Below, in pieces: positions 39,098 to 48,616 of a DNA stretch of 64,000 nt. The notes below the pieces were generated by a model. That model had not been told where the DNA came from, did no database searches, and worked only from the letters and a program-made list of their open reading frames with translations. How positions within the stretch are numbered: position 1 is the first letter of the stretch; every line of letters starts with the position of its first letter. The stretch covers positions 14,179 through 78,178 of the forward strand of contig LGEZ01000006.1 in assembly GCA_001508005.1 (NCBI GenBank), read 5' to 3'. The stretch is from Clostridia bacterium 41_269 (GTDB lineage Bacteria; Bacillota; DTU086). A program made the translations under genes and the position numbers.

Positions 39098-40159
39098 CCT
39101 CAGCAATTCTCTTCTTTCAAATTGAACCATTTTAACTTTTCCTATATATTCAGGAAGCACGAAAGTGATTTTCCCTTCTCTGTTTTTCTTATCCTTATCT
39201 ATAACTTTAATAACCATTTCCGGTTCCAATGAAAAATCAGGTGAACTGGGAAGTTCGAAAGCACTAATTAGATCAAGAATTCTCTCCGCTTCATTTTTAT
39301 GTAATAATCCTATCCTTTCAGCCAGCAGGGCTTCCATACACATACCTATGGACACTGCTTCCCCATGCTTATACAGTTTTAATCCCCCAAGGGTTTCTAT
39401 TACATGGCCAAAAGTATGGCCAAAATTTAGTATCATTCTTAAACTGCTTTCCCGCTCATCAGCTGAAACTACTTCAGCTTTTATTTCACAAGATCTTGTT
39501 ATAATATGCTCAATGGCTTCCCAATCAAAATCTAATATTTTCTTTACATTATCATCTAGAAAAACAAAAAATTCTTTATCCCAAATTATCCCGTATTTAA
39601 TAACTTCTGCAGCTCCTGCTCTGAATTCTCTTAAGGGAAGGGTTTTTAGGGTTTCGGGATCGATAATTACCAGCAAAGGTTGATAAAAAGAACCTATTAA
39701 ATTCTTGTAACCTAAAAAATTTACTGCTACTTTTCCGCCAACGCTGCTGTCAACCTGAGCCAGCAAAGTGGTGGGAACCTGAACAAAAGGGATTCCCCTC
39801 ATATACGTAGCTGCAGCAAATCCAGCCAGGTCCCCTATCACTCCACCACCCAGGGCAATAATTGCAGAGTTCCGCGAAAGTCCAAATTTCACAGCATGAT
39901 GATAAATATCCTCAACAACAGAAAGAGATTTTGCTTCCTCGCCGTCTTTTACCAAAATCTTTGAATATTTAAAACCTGCGTCCTTTAGAGATTCAGTCAC
40001 TTGATCACCATAAAAAGTGTCCACAGTGCCATTTGTTATAATAAGACATTCCTTTGACAATCTAAATTTGCTTAAAAGAGGACCTATATCGTTTAGAATT
40101 CCCTTTTCAACTAAAATATCATAACTTCTTTCCCCTAAATTAACCCTGATCGTCTTCAT
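39074..40159 (-). CDS. aroB: 3-dehydroquinate synthase
   Basis: GGGVIGDLAGFAAATYMRGIPFVQVPTTLLAQVDSSVGGK..., HTFGHVIE. The ATG at 40159 follows GAAGGGA; the ORF track starts at 40183. Confidence 0.9.
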   Translation of the reverse strand: MKTIRVNLGERSYDILVEKGILNDIGPLLSKFRLSKECLIITNGTVDTFYGDQVTESLKDAGFKYSKILVKDGEEAKSLSVVEDIYHHAVKFGLSRNSAIIALGGGVIGDLAGFAAATYMRGIPFVQVPTTLLAQVDSSVGGKVAVNFLGYKNLIGSFYQPLLVIIDPETLKTLPLREFRAGAAEVIKYGIIWDKEFFVFLDDNVKKILDFDWEAIEHIITRSCEIKAEVVSADERESSLRMILNFGHTFGHVIETLGGLKLYKHGEAVSIGMCMEALLAERIGLLHKNEAERILDLISAFELPSSPDFSLEPEMVIKVIDKDKKNREGKITFVLPEYIGKVKMVQFERRELLRLIRENFV

Positions 40160-40679
40160 GTTTTTTCCCTTCAAGATAATCAATTATATTCTTCACAACC
40201 TCACTGTGCTCATTATCGGAAGTATCAAAAAATGCCTCTGCATAACGTTTATAATAAGGTTCCCTCTCTTTTAAAAGCTCTTCTATTCTTTTTATGGATT
40301 TATCACGATGCAGCAGAGGCCTATCATCTCTTCTCTTAACACGTTTCTGTATTACTTCCGGCCTAGCAGTGAGGCAGATAATTCTACCAGATTTCTGCAT
40401 AATTTCGGCATTTTCCTCATCCATTACTGCACCTCCTCCTGTTGCAATTACTGCGTTATTTAGGGAACATGCTTTCTTAAGGGCCAGCTTTTCCTCTGAC
40501 CTAAAGCGGCACTCTCCATGTTTTTGAAAAATTTGGGAAATGGTCATTCCCGTAACCCGCTCAATTTCTTTATCAGTATCTATAAATTTTTTCCCCAAGG
40601 CCTGAGCAAGTCTTTTACCCACAGCAGTCTTCCCTGTGCCCATAAAGCCTATTAAGATAATATTGTCTTTTTCTCTCAT
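40140..40679 (-). CDS. aroK: Shikimate kinase
   Basis: 179 aa: Walker A GFMGTGKTAVGK, FIDTD, ATGGG. Confidence 0.9.
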   Translation of the reverse strand: MREKDNIILIGFMGTGKTAVGKRLAQALGKKFIDTDKEIERVTGMTISQIFQKHGECRFRSEEKLALKKACSLNNAVIATGGGAVMDEENAEIMQKSGRIICLTARPEVIQKRVKRRDDRPLLHRDKSIKRIEELLKEREPYYKRYAEAFFDTSDNEHSEVVKNIIDYLEGKKHEDDQG

Positions 40680-40685
40680 AATTCC

Positions 40686-41843
40686 TTATACCTGCCTTTC
40701 ATAACCTCTGTATCTTGCAACTTCATTAAAAATTTCTTCCATATAATCTCCACCAAATTTTTCTAAAACTGCCTCAGCCAGAACTATAGACACCACTGCT
40801 TCTCCAACAACAGCAGCTGCAGGAACAGCACAAACATCAGAACGCTCCACAGCTGCTTTTACAGGTTTTTTTGTTCTTATATCAACACTGGGAAGGGATT
40901 TAATGAGAGTAGGAATGGGCTTCATGGCAGCCCTGGCAATTATGGGCTCACCATTGCTCATTCCCCCTTCAAGTCCACCAGCATTATTAGTTAAGCGGTA
41001 AAAGCCGCGATCATCATTATAGTATATGGCATCGTGAACCTCTGAACCAGGTTTTTCTGCCGCTTTAAATCCTATACCAAATTCAACCCCTTTTACTCCT
41101 GGTATGCTCATAAGAGCCTGCGCTAACCGCCCATCAAGCCGTCGATCCCAATGGGCGTAACTTCCCAATCCAGGTGGTACATTTTCAGCAATAACTTCAA
41201 ATATACCCCCTAAAGAATCCCCTTCCCGCTTTGCATTGTCAATTTCCCTAAGCATTTCTTCAGCTTTTTCACTGTCGATGCACATAACCGGAGAATCAAG
41301 AGCTTTGGAAAGCATATGGGGTTCAATCTTATTTATATCTATAGCAACATTTCCTATTCTAATAACATGACTATTGATATTTATGCCGAGAGCTTCTAAA
41401 AATATTCGAGCAACAGCTCCCACTGCGACTCTAGCTGCTGTTTCCCTGGCACTAGCTCTTTCCAGAACATTTCGCATATCTTTATGCCTGTATTTTATAG
41501 CCCCCGCCAAATCAGCATGCCCAGGCCTTGGAGCTGTAACTTTTTTAGCTTCTAAATCCGCTGACTTGTCTGCTGCCATGATATCCTGCCAATTTTCCCA
41601 ATCTTTGTTTTCAATTACCAGGCAAATGGGGCTTCCTAAAGTAAATCCACCCCTTACACCACTGGTTATTTTTACTCTGTCTCGTTCCAGCTCCATCCTT
41701 TTTCCTCTTCCATAACCCCTCTGCCGCCGCTGAAGCTGAAAATTTATAGCTTTCTCACTTAATTCCAATCCTGCAGGTATTCCTTCTATTATAGCCGTTA
41801 AACAGGGTCCATGGGATTCCCCTGCTGTCAGAAAACGAAACAT
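40686..41843 (-). CDS. aroC: Chorismate synthase
   Basis: 385 aa: [44 protein letters not shown]. Confidence 0.95.
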   Translation of the reverse strand: MFRFLTAGESHGPCLTAIIEGIPAGLELSEKAINFQLQRRQRGYGRGKRMELERDRVKITSGVRGGFTLGSPICLVIENKDWENWQDIMAADKSADLEAKKVTAPRPGHADLAGAIKYRHKDMRNVLERASARETAARVAVGAVARIFLEALGININSHVIRIGNVAIDINKIEPHMLSKALDSPVMCIDSEKAEEMLREIDNAKREGDSLGGIFEVIAENVPPGLGSYAHWDRRLDGRLAQALMSIPGVKGVEFGIGFKAAEKPGSEVHDAIYYNDDRGFYRLTNNAGGLEGGMSNGEPIIARAAMKPIPTLIKSLPSVDIRTKKPVKAAVERSDVCAVPAAAVVGEAVVSIVLAEAVLEKFGGDYMEEIFNEVARYRGYERQV

Positions 41844-41880
41844 TTTTACACCCCGCTGAAGTAATATAAATTACAAAAGT

Positions 41881-42354
41881 TTAATTACCCATCTCATTTA
41901 ATTTTCGAGAAGAAATTTTGTCCTTTAAAAATTCTATAAAGCTTTTATTTTGCTCTTCAAGAAGCTTTTCCTGGATATTCTTTTTCTCCAGCCTCAAAAG
42001 CTCAACCTGTCTGGCAAGTTTTCTGCTTTCTTCCCTTGCCTTCTGCAGTTCTTCCATAATGGACGACAGCATAAAAATAACCGTATTTTTAAAGTTTTGC
42101 TCAATTCCTAAGGCACTATTTAAAGCTTTATCCAGCTCTAACCTGCGTTTAGCTCCTTTTATAGTATACTGTTCTGTATACAGCAGTTCTTTAATCTGTG
42201 CAAACATCTCCAAATGTTCTTCAGTATACCTCTTTCTTTTTCCTTTGGAATTAACTTTTAAATATTCAGCAAACTCTTTTTCCCAAAAACGTATTGTACT
42301 GGGCTCCACCTGAAGGATTTCACTTAGTTGATGGATAGTAAATTTCTCTGACAA
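41881..42354 (-). CDS. MerR-family HTH protein with a coiled-coil C-terminus
   Basis: 157 aa: FTIHQLSEILQVEPSTIRFWEKEF. Embedded between aroE and aroC. Confidence 0.7.
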   Translation of the reverse strand: MSEKFTIHQLSEILQVEPSTIRFWEKEFAEYLKVNSKGKRKRYTEEHLEMFAQIKELLYTEQYTIKGAKRRLELDKALNSALGIEQNFKNTVIFMLSSIMEELQKAREESRKLARQVELLRLEKKNIQEKLLEEQNKSFIEFLKDKISSRKLNEMGN

Positions 42355-42443
42355 AACAGGGCCCCCTTTTTACTATTTTATTTTTTGTGTATGTTTTTCA
42401 TCAGTTATAAATAAAATCCTGCAGCAAATATGGAATTATTTTC

Positions 42444-43313
42444 CTACACTTTCCGCCATAATTCGTCGTGGAGGGCCCTATACATTACCTCAACAGGAGG
42501 TTTAATACCAGTAAACAAACGAAAAGCTTCTACACCTTGGTACAGAAGCATTCCTGAACCATCAATCACTTTACATCCCATTTCCCTTGCTGTCTTTAAA
42601 AAAAGAGTTTGAATAGGGTTATAGATTAGATCACAAACAACAGCTTCAGGGTTTATGCAGCTCATATCAGAAATAGGAATCATATTTGTATTAGGATACA
42701 TTCCCACAGGAGTAGCATTTACAATTATATCAGCTTGTCTAAGCTCAAATCTCAACACTTCATCACTATTTAAACCCACAGCAAAACTCTCAGTTCCAAT
42801 TTTTTTTATATGTTCAGCAAGCTCCCATGCTCGTTTTAAATTTCTATTTGCGATGGTAATTTTTAACGCACCTTCCACCGCCAATGCAGTGGCAACAGCC
42901 TTAGCAGCTCCACCTGCACCTATAATTAATATTTTCTTTCCTTTATACAAAACACCATCTTTTTTTAAGGATTCTAAAAATCCTTTCCCATCAGTATTAT
43001 AACCATATGTTTTACCATCTTTAATAACCACTGTATTTACTGCCCCAATAAGGCACGCATTTTCGTCCAATTCATCTATATATTTAATCACAGCTTCTTT
43101 GTATGGAATAGTAACATTGAAACCCACAAAACCCAATGACAGCATTCCCTTTACAGCTTCTTCAAGATTTTCAGGCAGCACATTAAATGCAAGATAGCAG
43201 AAATCCAGCCCACAGTGATTAATGGCAGCATTTTGCATTATCGGAGAAAGGGAATGCTCTATAGGATGCCCTATTAAACCTATAGCCCTGGTGCTTGAAG
43301 TAATTCTATTCAC
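42444..43313 (-). CDS. aroE: Shikimate dehydrogenase
   Basis: GLIGHPIEHSLSPIMQN, NVTIPYKE, NTDGKGF, GAGGAAKAVA. GTG at 43313 follows a GGGGG RBS; the ORF track starts at 43358. Confidence 0.85.
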   Translation of the reverse strand: MNRITSSTRAIGLIGHPIEHSLSPIMQNAAINHCGLDFCYLAFNVLPENLEEAVKGMLSLGFVGFNVTIPYKEAVIKYIDELDENACLIGAVNTVVIKDGKTYGYNTDGKGFLESLKKDGVLYKGKKILIIGAGGAAKAVATALAVEGALKITIANRNLKRAWELAEHIKKIGTESFAVGLNSDEVLRFELRQADIIVNATPVGMYPNTNMIPISDMSCINPEAVVCDLIYNPIQTLFLKTAREMGCKVIDGSGMLLYQGVEAFRLFTGIKPPVEVMYRALHDELWRKV

Positions 43314-43348
43314 ACAAAAACCCCCAGCCAAATTATAATAGAACAAAC

Positions 43349-43825
43349 TTAGCGACAAAACTTTTCAAAAAAGCGCATAATCTTTGTTCCTATAAATTCA
43401 TGACTGCTGATGGGTTCCACTAGAATTGTATATAGCCCCATTCTATTCCCACCTAATACATCAGTAAATATTTGATCCCCGATAACTGCTGTTTCATTTA
43501 TATTGGATTCTAATATCTTTAAGGCCTGTCTAAAAGCTTTTCTACGGGGCTTTCCAGCTTTTGGTATGGAAGGTATACCCAAAACCTCCGCAATTAAGGA
43601 AACTCTTTCTCCAGGATTATTGGAAACCAAACATGCTTTAAAACCCTTTTCTTTTATTCTTTCAAACCATGAAAGAACTTCATTACTTACCTCAAGAGCA
43701 TTCCATCTAGTAATGGTATTATCAAGATCTATAATCAAGCTGTTTATTCCTTTATTTTGCAGCACTTGAAGATCTATATCAAATATAGACTTTACTTTTA
43801 AATCAGGGGTTAAAAGATCTTTCAT
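43349..43825 (-). CDS. yqeG: YqeG-family HAD (subfamily IIIA) phosphatase
   Basis: LIIDLDNTI (DxDxT), LVSNN, GDQIFTDVLGGN. The ATG at 43825 follows AAAGGTG; the in-frame upstream extension to 43873 lacks a good RBS. Confidence 0.75.
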   Translation of the reverse strand: MKDLLTPDLKVKSIFDIDLQVLQNKGINSLIIDLDNTITRWNALEVSNEVLSWFERIKEKGFKACLVSNNPGERVSLIAEVLGIPSIPKAGKPRRKAFRQALKILESNINETAVIGDQIFTDVLGGNRMGLYTILVEPISSHEFIGTKIMRFFEKFCR

Positions 43826-43856
43826 TGTAAAGCACCTTTCATTGTAAAGCACCTTT
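43819..43856. repeat. Perfect 17-bp tandem duplication (ctttcattgtaaagcac x2.2) spanning the yqeG RBS and start codon
   Basis: Read directly. On the minus strand it is GTGCTTTACAATGAAAG twice, so the RBS and ATG are both duplicated. Confidence 0.9.
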
Positions 43857-43967
43857 AAAATCTTCATTCTCAAAGTTTCGTAAACTGAGGATAATTATAT
43901 CACACCATTTACTGATAAAGAAAAATACATCCATACGCCTTTACCTTGTTATTGTAAATTTTACATC

Positions 43968-44969
43968 TTATACTTCTTTGTTTAAGCTCTTATTTAAATC
44001 ACCAAAGCTTTTGTAACCATGCAGTGAATCAGCATTTTTTACAGCCCTAACAACAGCTCTTTCAACAACATGTGCCGCAAGATATCCAAGCAGATTCAAA
44101 TCCACATTTACTTTACAAGTTGACAGCGTAAATATAGTGTCCCCATCAACCATTGTATGGGAAGGACAAACAGTTCTTGCCAACCCATCATGGGCCGCTG
44201 AAGCAATTCTGTTTGCCTGAGCTTTATTTAATACAGCATTGGTAGCTACAACTCCTATTACGGTATTACCTCCATTTAAAAAACCTAATCTGCCTCTACT
44301 GTACAAATCCAAAAGACGAACAGCAGAATCAGCAAAAGTAACTTTATCCTTATTAAGAGCACCAGCAATAATTTTATTGCCCTCAAAAGGATCTATTACA
44401 TCTCCCAAACAATTCACAGCCATTACAGCACCCACCTTTAAATCACCAAACTGAATACTGTATGTTCCAAGACCGCCTTTCATAGCATATTCAAATCCCA
44501 ACAGCTTCCCCACAGTTGCACCAGTTCCTGCTCCAACATTTCCTTCCGGACATTCTGCTTTTTCTGAATTAAGGCAGGCTTTGTAGCCCATATTTTTATC
44601 AGGTCGAACGTCATGTTTACCTATCTGAAGATCATAAAGAACAGCTCCAACCACTATGGGCACTTTTGCTGCTGCTGTTTCAAAGCCTATATTTTTTTCC
44701 TCCAAATACTGCATAACTCCAGCAGCAGCATCCAAGCCAAAAGCGCTGCCGCCTGTTAACAGCACAGCATGAACTTTTTCAACTAAATTTGAGGGATCCA
44801 ATAGATCTGTTTCCCTGGTACCAGGAGCACCTCCCCTCACATCTACACCGGCAACTGCTCCTTCTTCACACAAAATAACAGTACAGCCCGTTGCAGCCTC
44901 TAAATCCTGCTCATGACCGATCTTTAAACCTATATCGGTAAATTTTATGGTTTTCATAATCATTCCCAC
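43968..44969 (-). CDS. Peptidase S58 (DmpA / P1 family) aminopeptidase-like
   Basis: 333 aa: GCTVILCE, GAPGTRETDLL, GNTVIGVVATNAVLNKAQANR. Confidence 0.65.
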   Translation of the reverse strand: MGMIMKTIKFTDIGLKIGHEQDLEAATGCTVILCEEGAVAGVDVRGGAPGTRETDLLDPSNLVEKVHAVLLTGGSAFGLDAAAGVMQYLEEKNIGFETAAAKVPIVVGAVLYDLQIGKHDVRPDKNMGYKACLNSEKAECPEGNVGAGTGATVGKLLGFEYAMKGGLGTYSIQFGDLKVGAVMAVNCLGDVIDPFEGNKIIAGALNKDKVTFADSAVRLLDLYSRGRLGFLNGGNTVIGVVATNAVLNKAQANRIASAAHDGLARTVCPSHTMVDGDTIFTLSTCKVNVDLNLLGYLAAHVVERAVVRAVKNADSLHGYKSFGDLNKSLNKEV

Positions 44970-44994
44970 CCATTTTAAAAAATTTTATATTGAT

Positions 44995-45021
44995 AAAAAT
45001 CCCGGATTTACCGGGATTTTT
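44995..45021 (-). terminator. Intrinsic (bidirectional-looking) terminator after the M20 gene
   Basis: AAAAATCCCGG-TAAAT-CCGGGATTTTT. Confidence 0.55.
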
Positions 45022-45025
45022 ATAC

Positions 45026-46318
45026 TTAAATTTTCTCTGTATTGCACCACTCTAAAATAAATTTAAATATAATTTTAGTGTAAGCCAAAAGATTGTCAAC
45101 ACTTACACTTTCATCTACGCTGTGAGCCTTTCCCAGCTCGCCGGGACCATAAATTACTGTGGGAATCCCCGCCTCTGCAAGCCAACCTGCATCGGTTACC
45201 GTGGGTGACATATCTACCACCGGCGGACTACCCACAATTTCTGCGTGAATGCTTTCCAAAAGCTTTAACCCTTCATGGTTCCTATCCAGTTCAAGTGATG
45301 GAAAAATTTCGCCTCTATCTTCAAGCATAGATTTTCCTCCCCAGCGGAAAAGGGGTGGGTTTTCTTTAAGCCAAGGATCAGCTTTTGCAACATTTAAAAT
45401 ATGTTCTTCAATCTCTTTCGAAACATCTTCATAATTTTCATTGGGATAAAAATGCACTGTTATCCATAAAGAACATCTATCTGCTACAAACGCAGCATGT
45501 CTGCCCCCTTCAATCACAGCGGGGTTAATGGTATTGCTTCCCGGTGGAAATCCTGGATAGCTTTTCACCACTGCCCAGTGTCTTTCCAATTCCTGCAAGC
45601 CCTGTACAATTTTAACCATTTTTTCCACTGTGCTGGCAGCAAATAGGCCTCCTCCGGCATGAATCATTTTTGCTCTAACTCCATCATGATAAGTATTAGG
45701 ACTTTGAACAGTTATCCAGCCTGTAATTACACCACCCTGCCCATACTGCAGCTTAAAATCGCTTATATCTCCCACTATGGCAAAATCTGCTTTAGGTCCT
45801 TTCTGTACAGCTTCTAAGGTAATTCCTTCACCTGCTTCTTCACCTGTAACACTGTGAAAAATAAGATTTCCACCCAAAGAAACATTTTTTTCTTTAAGAA
45901 GTTTCAGAATTAAAAGATAAGCCGCTTGTGCAGCTTTCATATCCGAAGCTCCCCTACCAAACAGCCTTCCATCTTTAACAAAGGGCTTAAAGGGATCAAA
46001 GGACCATTGGGAATCATCTCCCACTTCTGCAACATCCACATGGGTATTCAGGATGAGGCTCTTATATTTTTGGGGATTAGCTCCTGAAATTACGGCTACA
46101 ATATTAGGATCTCCTTTAAAAGTTTCCCAGCGTATAATTTCTGCATCCAAATTTTTAAGATAATCCTCAATAAAATTTTGAATCTCAGTGCTATTTCTAC
46201 CAGGCGGGCTCACATTGGGAAATGATATAAGTTTTGAAGCCAATTCAATCAGTTCATCCCTGTGTTTGTCAATCAATTTTTCAACATCAAAATCAAATTC
46301 AAATTCATTTTTATTCAT
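45026..46318 (-). CDS. M20 family (ArgE/DapE/YlmB-like) amidohydrolase
   Basis: 430 aa: NTHVDVAEVGD, GRGASDMKAAQAA, SVTGEEAGEG. The start is 27 nt after the SSS stop, with a GGGGGGAG RBS. Confidence 0.75.
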   Translation of the reverse strand: MNKNEFEFDFDVEKLIDKHRDELIELASKLISFPNVSPPGRNSTEIQNFIEDYLKNLDAEIIRWETFKGDPNIVAVISGANPQKYKSLILNTHVDVAEVGDDSQWSFDPFKPFVKDGRLFGRGASDMKAAQAAYLLILKLLKEKNVSLGGNLIFHSVTGEEAGEGITLEAVQKGPKADFAIVGDISDFKLQYGQGGVITGWITVQSPNTYHDGVRAKMIHAGGGLFAASTVEKMVKIVQGLQELERHWAVVKSYPGFPPGSNTINPAVIEGGRHAAFVADRCSLWITVHFYPNENYEDVSKEIEEHILNVAKADPWLKENPPLFRWGGKSMLEDRGEIFPSLELDRNHEGLKLLESIHAEIVGSPPVVDMSPTVTDAGWLAEAGIPTVIYGPGELGKAHSVDESVSVDNLLAYTKIIFKFILEWCNTEKI

Positions 46319-46345
46319 TTAGCTCCCCCCTGAAATTTTAAAAAA

Positions 46346-47773
46346 TCAGCTGTGAATATCCTGAACCTTTTCTTTTAAAGTTTCAAAATTCAATTCACAC
46401 TTATAAATTTTTTCTAAAACCAGGGACAACACTATTGAAGCAGCTGCTGCCAGCAGGAAGCTTGTGAGAAGGTCTCCGCGCTGCATTGAAGGATCAGGGA
46501 AAAATGGTACTCCTGCAGCAATACCTCCGAGAATGGATATAACACCTGCGGTGCCGCTGTATTTCTTTGAAAACATTCCATAAAATGTGGGAAAGACAGC
46601 AGCTGTGCAAACTAAATCTGCAATTAAGAAAAGATAAAGTACGCTGTACCCCTTAGACGCCACAAATATAACAATTCCGCATATTATCGCAGTTATTACC
46701 CTTGCACAAGTTTGAAGAACAGAAGCCTTAAGTCCTGGTTTAAATCGTGCAATATCCACAGTAAAAACTGCAGCCAAAGCATTGATGAGAGTATCAACAC
46801 TGCTCATAACAAGGGCAATAGCCAGCAGAACCACAACATATATTACCCAAGAAGCTGTCTTATTCATTACAACCTCAAATAGAGCAGCAGAAGGAGACTG
46901 AAGTGTGCCTTCAGCAACTGCTAACAGCCCGAAGGAACCAGTCATCATCATGACCGGAATAATTAATATACCAGCAAGCAAAAATGATCTGCGCACAACT
47001 GTGTTATTTCTGCAGGCATAAACCCTGGACCAAAAGCCTTGATTAAACATATTCGCAGCTACTATCGCAATCGTTAGAGATGCTGCAAACCTCAAACCTC
47101 CTATATTTTTAAGGCTTAAAAGATCAGGATTAATGCTTTTTATTCTTACAATCATATCTTCAAATCCACCAGTATAATGGGCAGTTGCAAAAAATGCAAT
47201 TAAAACTGTTGGCAGAACAACCAAAGCCTGAATAACATCCGTAAAAATAGATCCCCTAATTCCGCCATAAGCTGTATATATAAGGGTTCCACACCCAATG
47301 ATAAGCGCTGTAACCCATAGGGGAATGCCAGCCGCCAAATTAACTGCTGTAGCAATACCCGTTAACTCAGCAGCTAAAAATATAGCCATGTAAAATACCC
47401 CGATTAAAAGTACCAGCGCATACATACCCCTTCCATAGCGATAAAAAACAAATTCAAATAAAGTTGTTCCTTTTGGAGCCAATTCCCGCATTCTTGGCCC
47501 AAAAAAAGCAAAAACCATTACCGCTATAGCTTGAGCTAGAGCATAGCCTCCAAAAGCAGCAATTCCACCCCATGTACCTGCTTCAGCAGGTGTAAATAAT
47601 ATCCATGAACCCATTATCGACGCAAATATAGTCATCGATGCAGGAAAAGTACTAAAACGGTTACGAGCCGTCAAATAGTCGTCAAGTTTTAAATACCTGT
47701 CATTTGTTAAATAAATATAAGCAACAGCAGTTATAGTAAACAGCATAACCACAGCAAACAGCCAAAAAATCAT
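46346..47773 (-). CDS. Sodium:solute symporter (SSS) family transporter
   Basis: 475 aa, about 13 TM segments, GGIRGSIFTDVIQALVV signature. AGGAGG RBS. First gene after the TPP riboswitch. Confidence 0.8.
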   Translation of the reverse strand: MIFWLFAVVMLFTITAVAYIYLTNDRYLKLDDYLTARNRFSTFPASMTIFASIMGSWILFTPAEAGTWGGIAAFGGYALAQAIAVMVFAFFGPRMRELAPKGTTLFEFVFYRYGRGMYALVLLIGVFYMAIFLAAELTGIATAVNLAAGIPLWVTALIIGCGTLIYTAYGGIRGSIFTDVIQALVVLPTVLIAFFATAHYTGGFEDMIVRIKSINPDLLSLKNIGGLRFAASLTIAIVAANMFNQGFWSRVYACRNNTVVRRSFLLAGILIIPVMMMTGSFGLLAVAEGTLQSPSAALFEVVMNKTASWVIYVVVLLAIALVMSSVDTLINALAAVFTVDIARFKPGLKASVLQTCARVITAIICGIVIFVASKGYSVLYLFLIADLVCTAAVFPTFYGMFSKKYSGTAGVISILGGIAAGVPFFPDPSMQRGDLLTSFLLAAAASIVLSLVLEKIYKCELNFETLKEKVQDIHS

Positions 47774-47900
47774 TTTATTGATTCCTCCTATAATTATTTT
47801 TTAATAAAATCATGAAAAAACATTATATATATATATTCCAGAAAGAAAACCCCTACGTTCATATCCCCCCTTTCTAAAATTTTCCGCCTCGGGAAATTTA

Positions 47901-47934
47901 AAAAGCTACTGCACAGCAGTAGCTTTTTTTTTTT
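47901..47934 (-). terminator. Riboswitch expression-platform terminator
   Basis: Minus strand reads A13-GCTACTGC-TGT-GCAGTAGC-TTTTTAAATTT, 30-60 nt 3' of the TPP aptamer. Confidence 0.65.
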
Positions 47935-47963
47935 TTATAAAATATCTTTCTTTTTATTTTCAA

Positions 47964-48066
47964 CTACCGCCCTGCCTACGCTGGTATTACCCAGTTCAGG
48001 TCCTAGGGGTCTGCAGCCTTTTAAAAGCTGCACTCTCAGCTTACTGAAGAGCTCCCCCGGCGGAAA
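47964..48066 (-). promoter_or_regulatory. TPP (THI-box) riboswitch
   Basis: Minus strand reads CCGCCGGGGGAGCUCUUCAGUAAGCUGAGAG-[P3 stem UGCAGC..GCUGCA]-GACCCCUAGGACCUGAACUGGGUAAUACCAGCGUAGGCAGGGCGG. It contains the conserved CUGAGA, ACCC and ACCUGA.CUGG.UAAU.CCAGCGUAGG elements and a CCGCC/GGCGG P1 helix. Confidence 0.85.
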
Positions 48067-48288
48067 ATTTTTTATTCAATTTTTCTCTTATATCTATTCT
48101 ATTACATTAACAGTTAAATTTAAAGTATTAGAAATCATAAATACTTTTAAAAATTTAAAAAAACAAAAATTTTGAAAATTATTACAAAATAAAGTGGTTT
48201 TTTAGGAATTATCTTAACATCATAAACCTCTATAAAAAACAAAAAATATTAATGGTGTGTAGTTGTTAATTAAAAAGGAGGTCCCAAA

Positions 48289-48486
48289 TTGGCAAGAAAA
48301 GGATCTATAATGTCCGATGCCTTGAAGTGGGAACTCGCAAAGGAAATGGGTGTTGATCACATTGTAGCAACAGAAGGTTGGGGAGGAGTTCCTTCCCGCC
48401 AATGCGGAATGCTTGTAAAAAAGGCTATTGAAAGAGCAGAAAGAAGTATTGCTAACAGTGATCAAACCTACCCACAACAAAAATAA
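48289..48486 (+). CDS. Alpha/beta-type small acid-soluble spore protein
   Basis: 65 aa: ALKWELAKEMGV...GGVPSRQCGMLVKKAIERAE. TTG start 7 nt after AAAGGAGG. Confidence 0.9.
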   Translation: MARKGSIMSDALKWELAKEMGVDHIVATEGWGGVPSRQCGMLVKKAIERAERSIANSDQTYPQQK

Positions 48487-48496
48487 CTACACACCA

Positions 48497-48525
48497 GCCG
48501 GGGAAATCTCCCCGGCATTATTTAT
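48497..48525 (+). terminator. Intrinsic terminator after the SASP gene
   Basis: GCCGGGGA-AATC-TCCCCGGC followed by ATTATTTAT. Confidence 0.6.
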
Positions 48526-48616
48526 CAACAAAAACAAAATGATAAAATTTTAGAAGGATTTATATTTTAAATAACTAAATTAATCTATGCATAATTCTTT
48601 TTTGGAGGGGTTTTGA

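Noticed and set aside
47824-47836. (TA)6.5 microsatellite in the leader of the SSS transporter
   Set aside because: It is short and unremarkable for an AT-rich intergenic region, with no evidence of function. It could be part of a -10-like element, but that cannot be supported.
48070-48288. SigG/SigF promoter for the SASP gene
   Set aside because: A CATCATA (-10-like) box exists, but no GnATA -35 lies at the right spacing. It could not be supported by eye.
48220-48480. 86-aa minus-strand ORF
   Set aside because: It is antisense to the clearly recognisable alpha/beta SASP gene, which has a strong RBS and a terminator.
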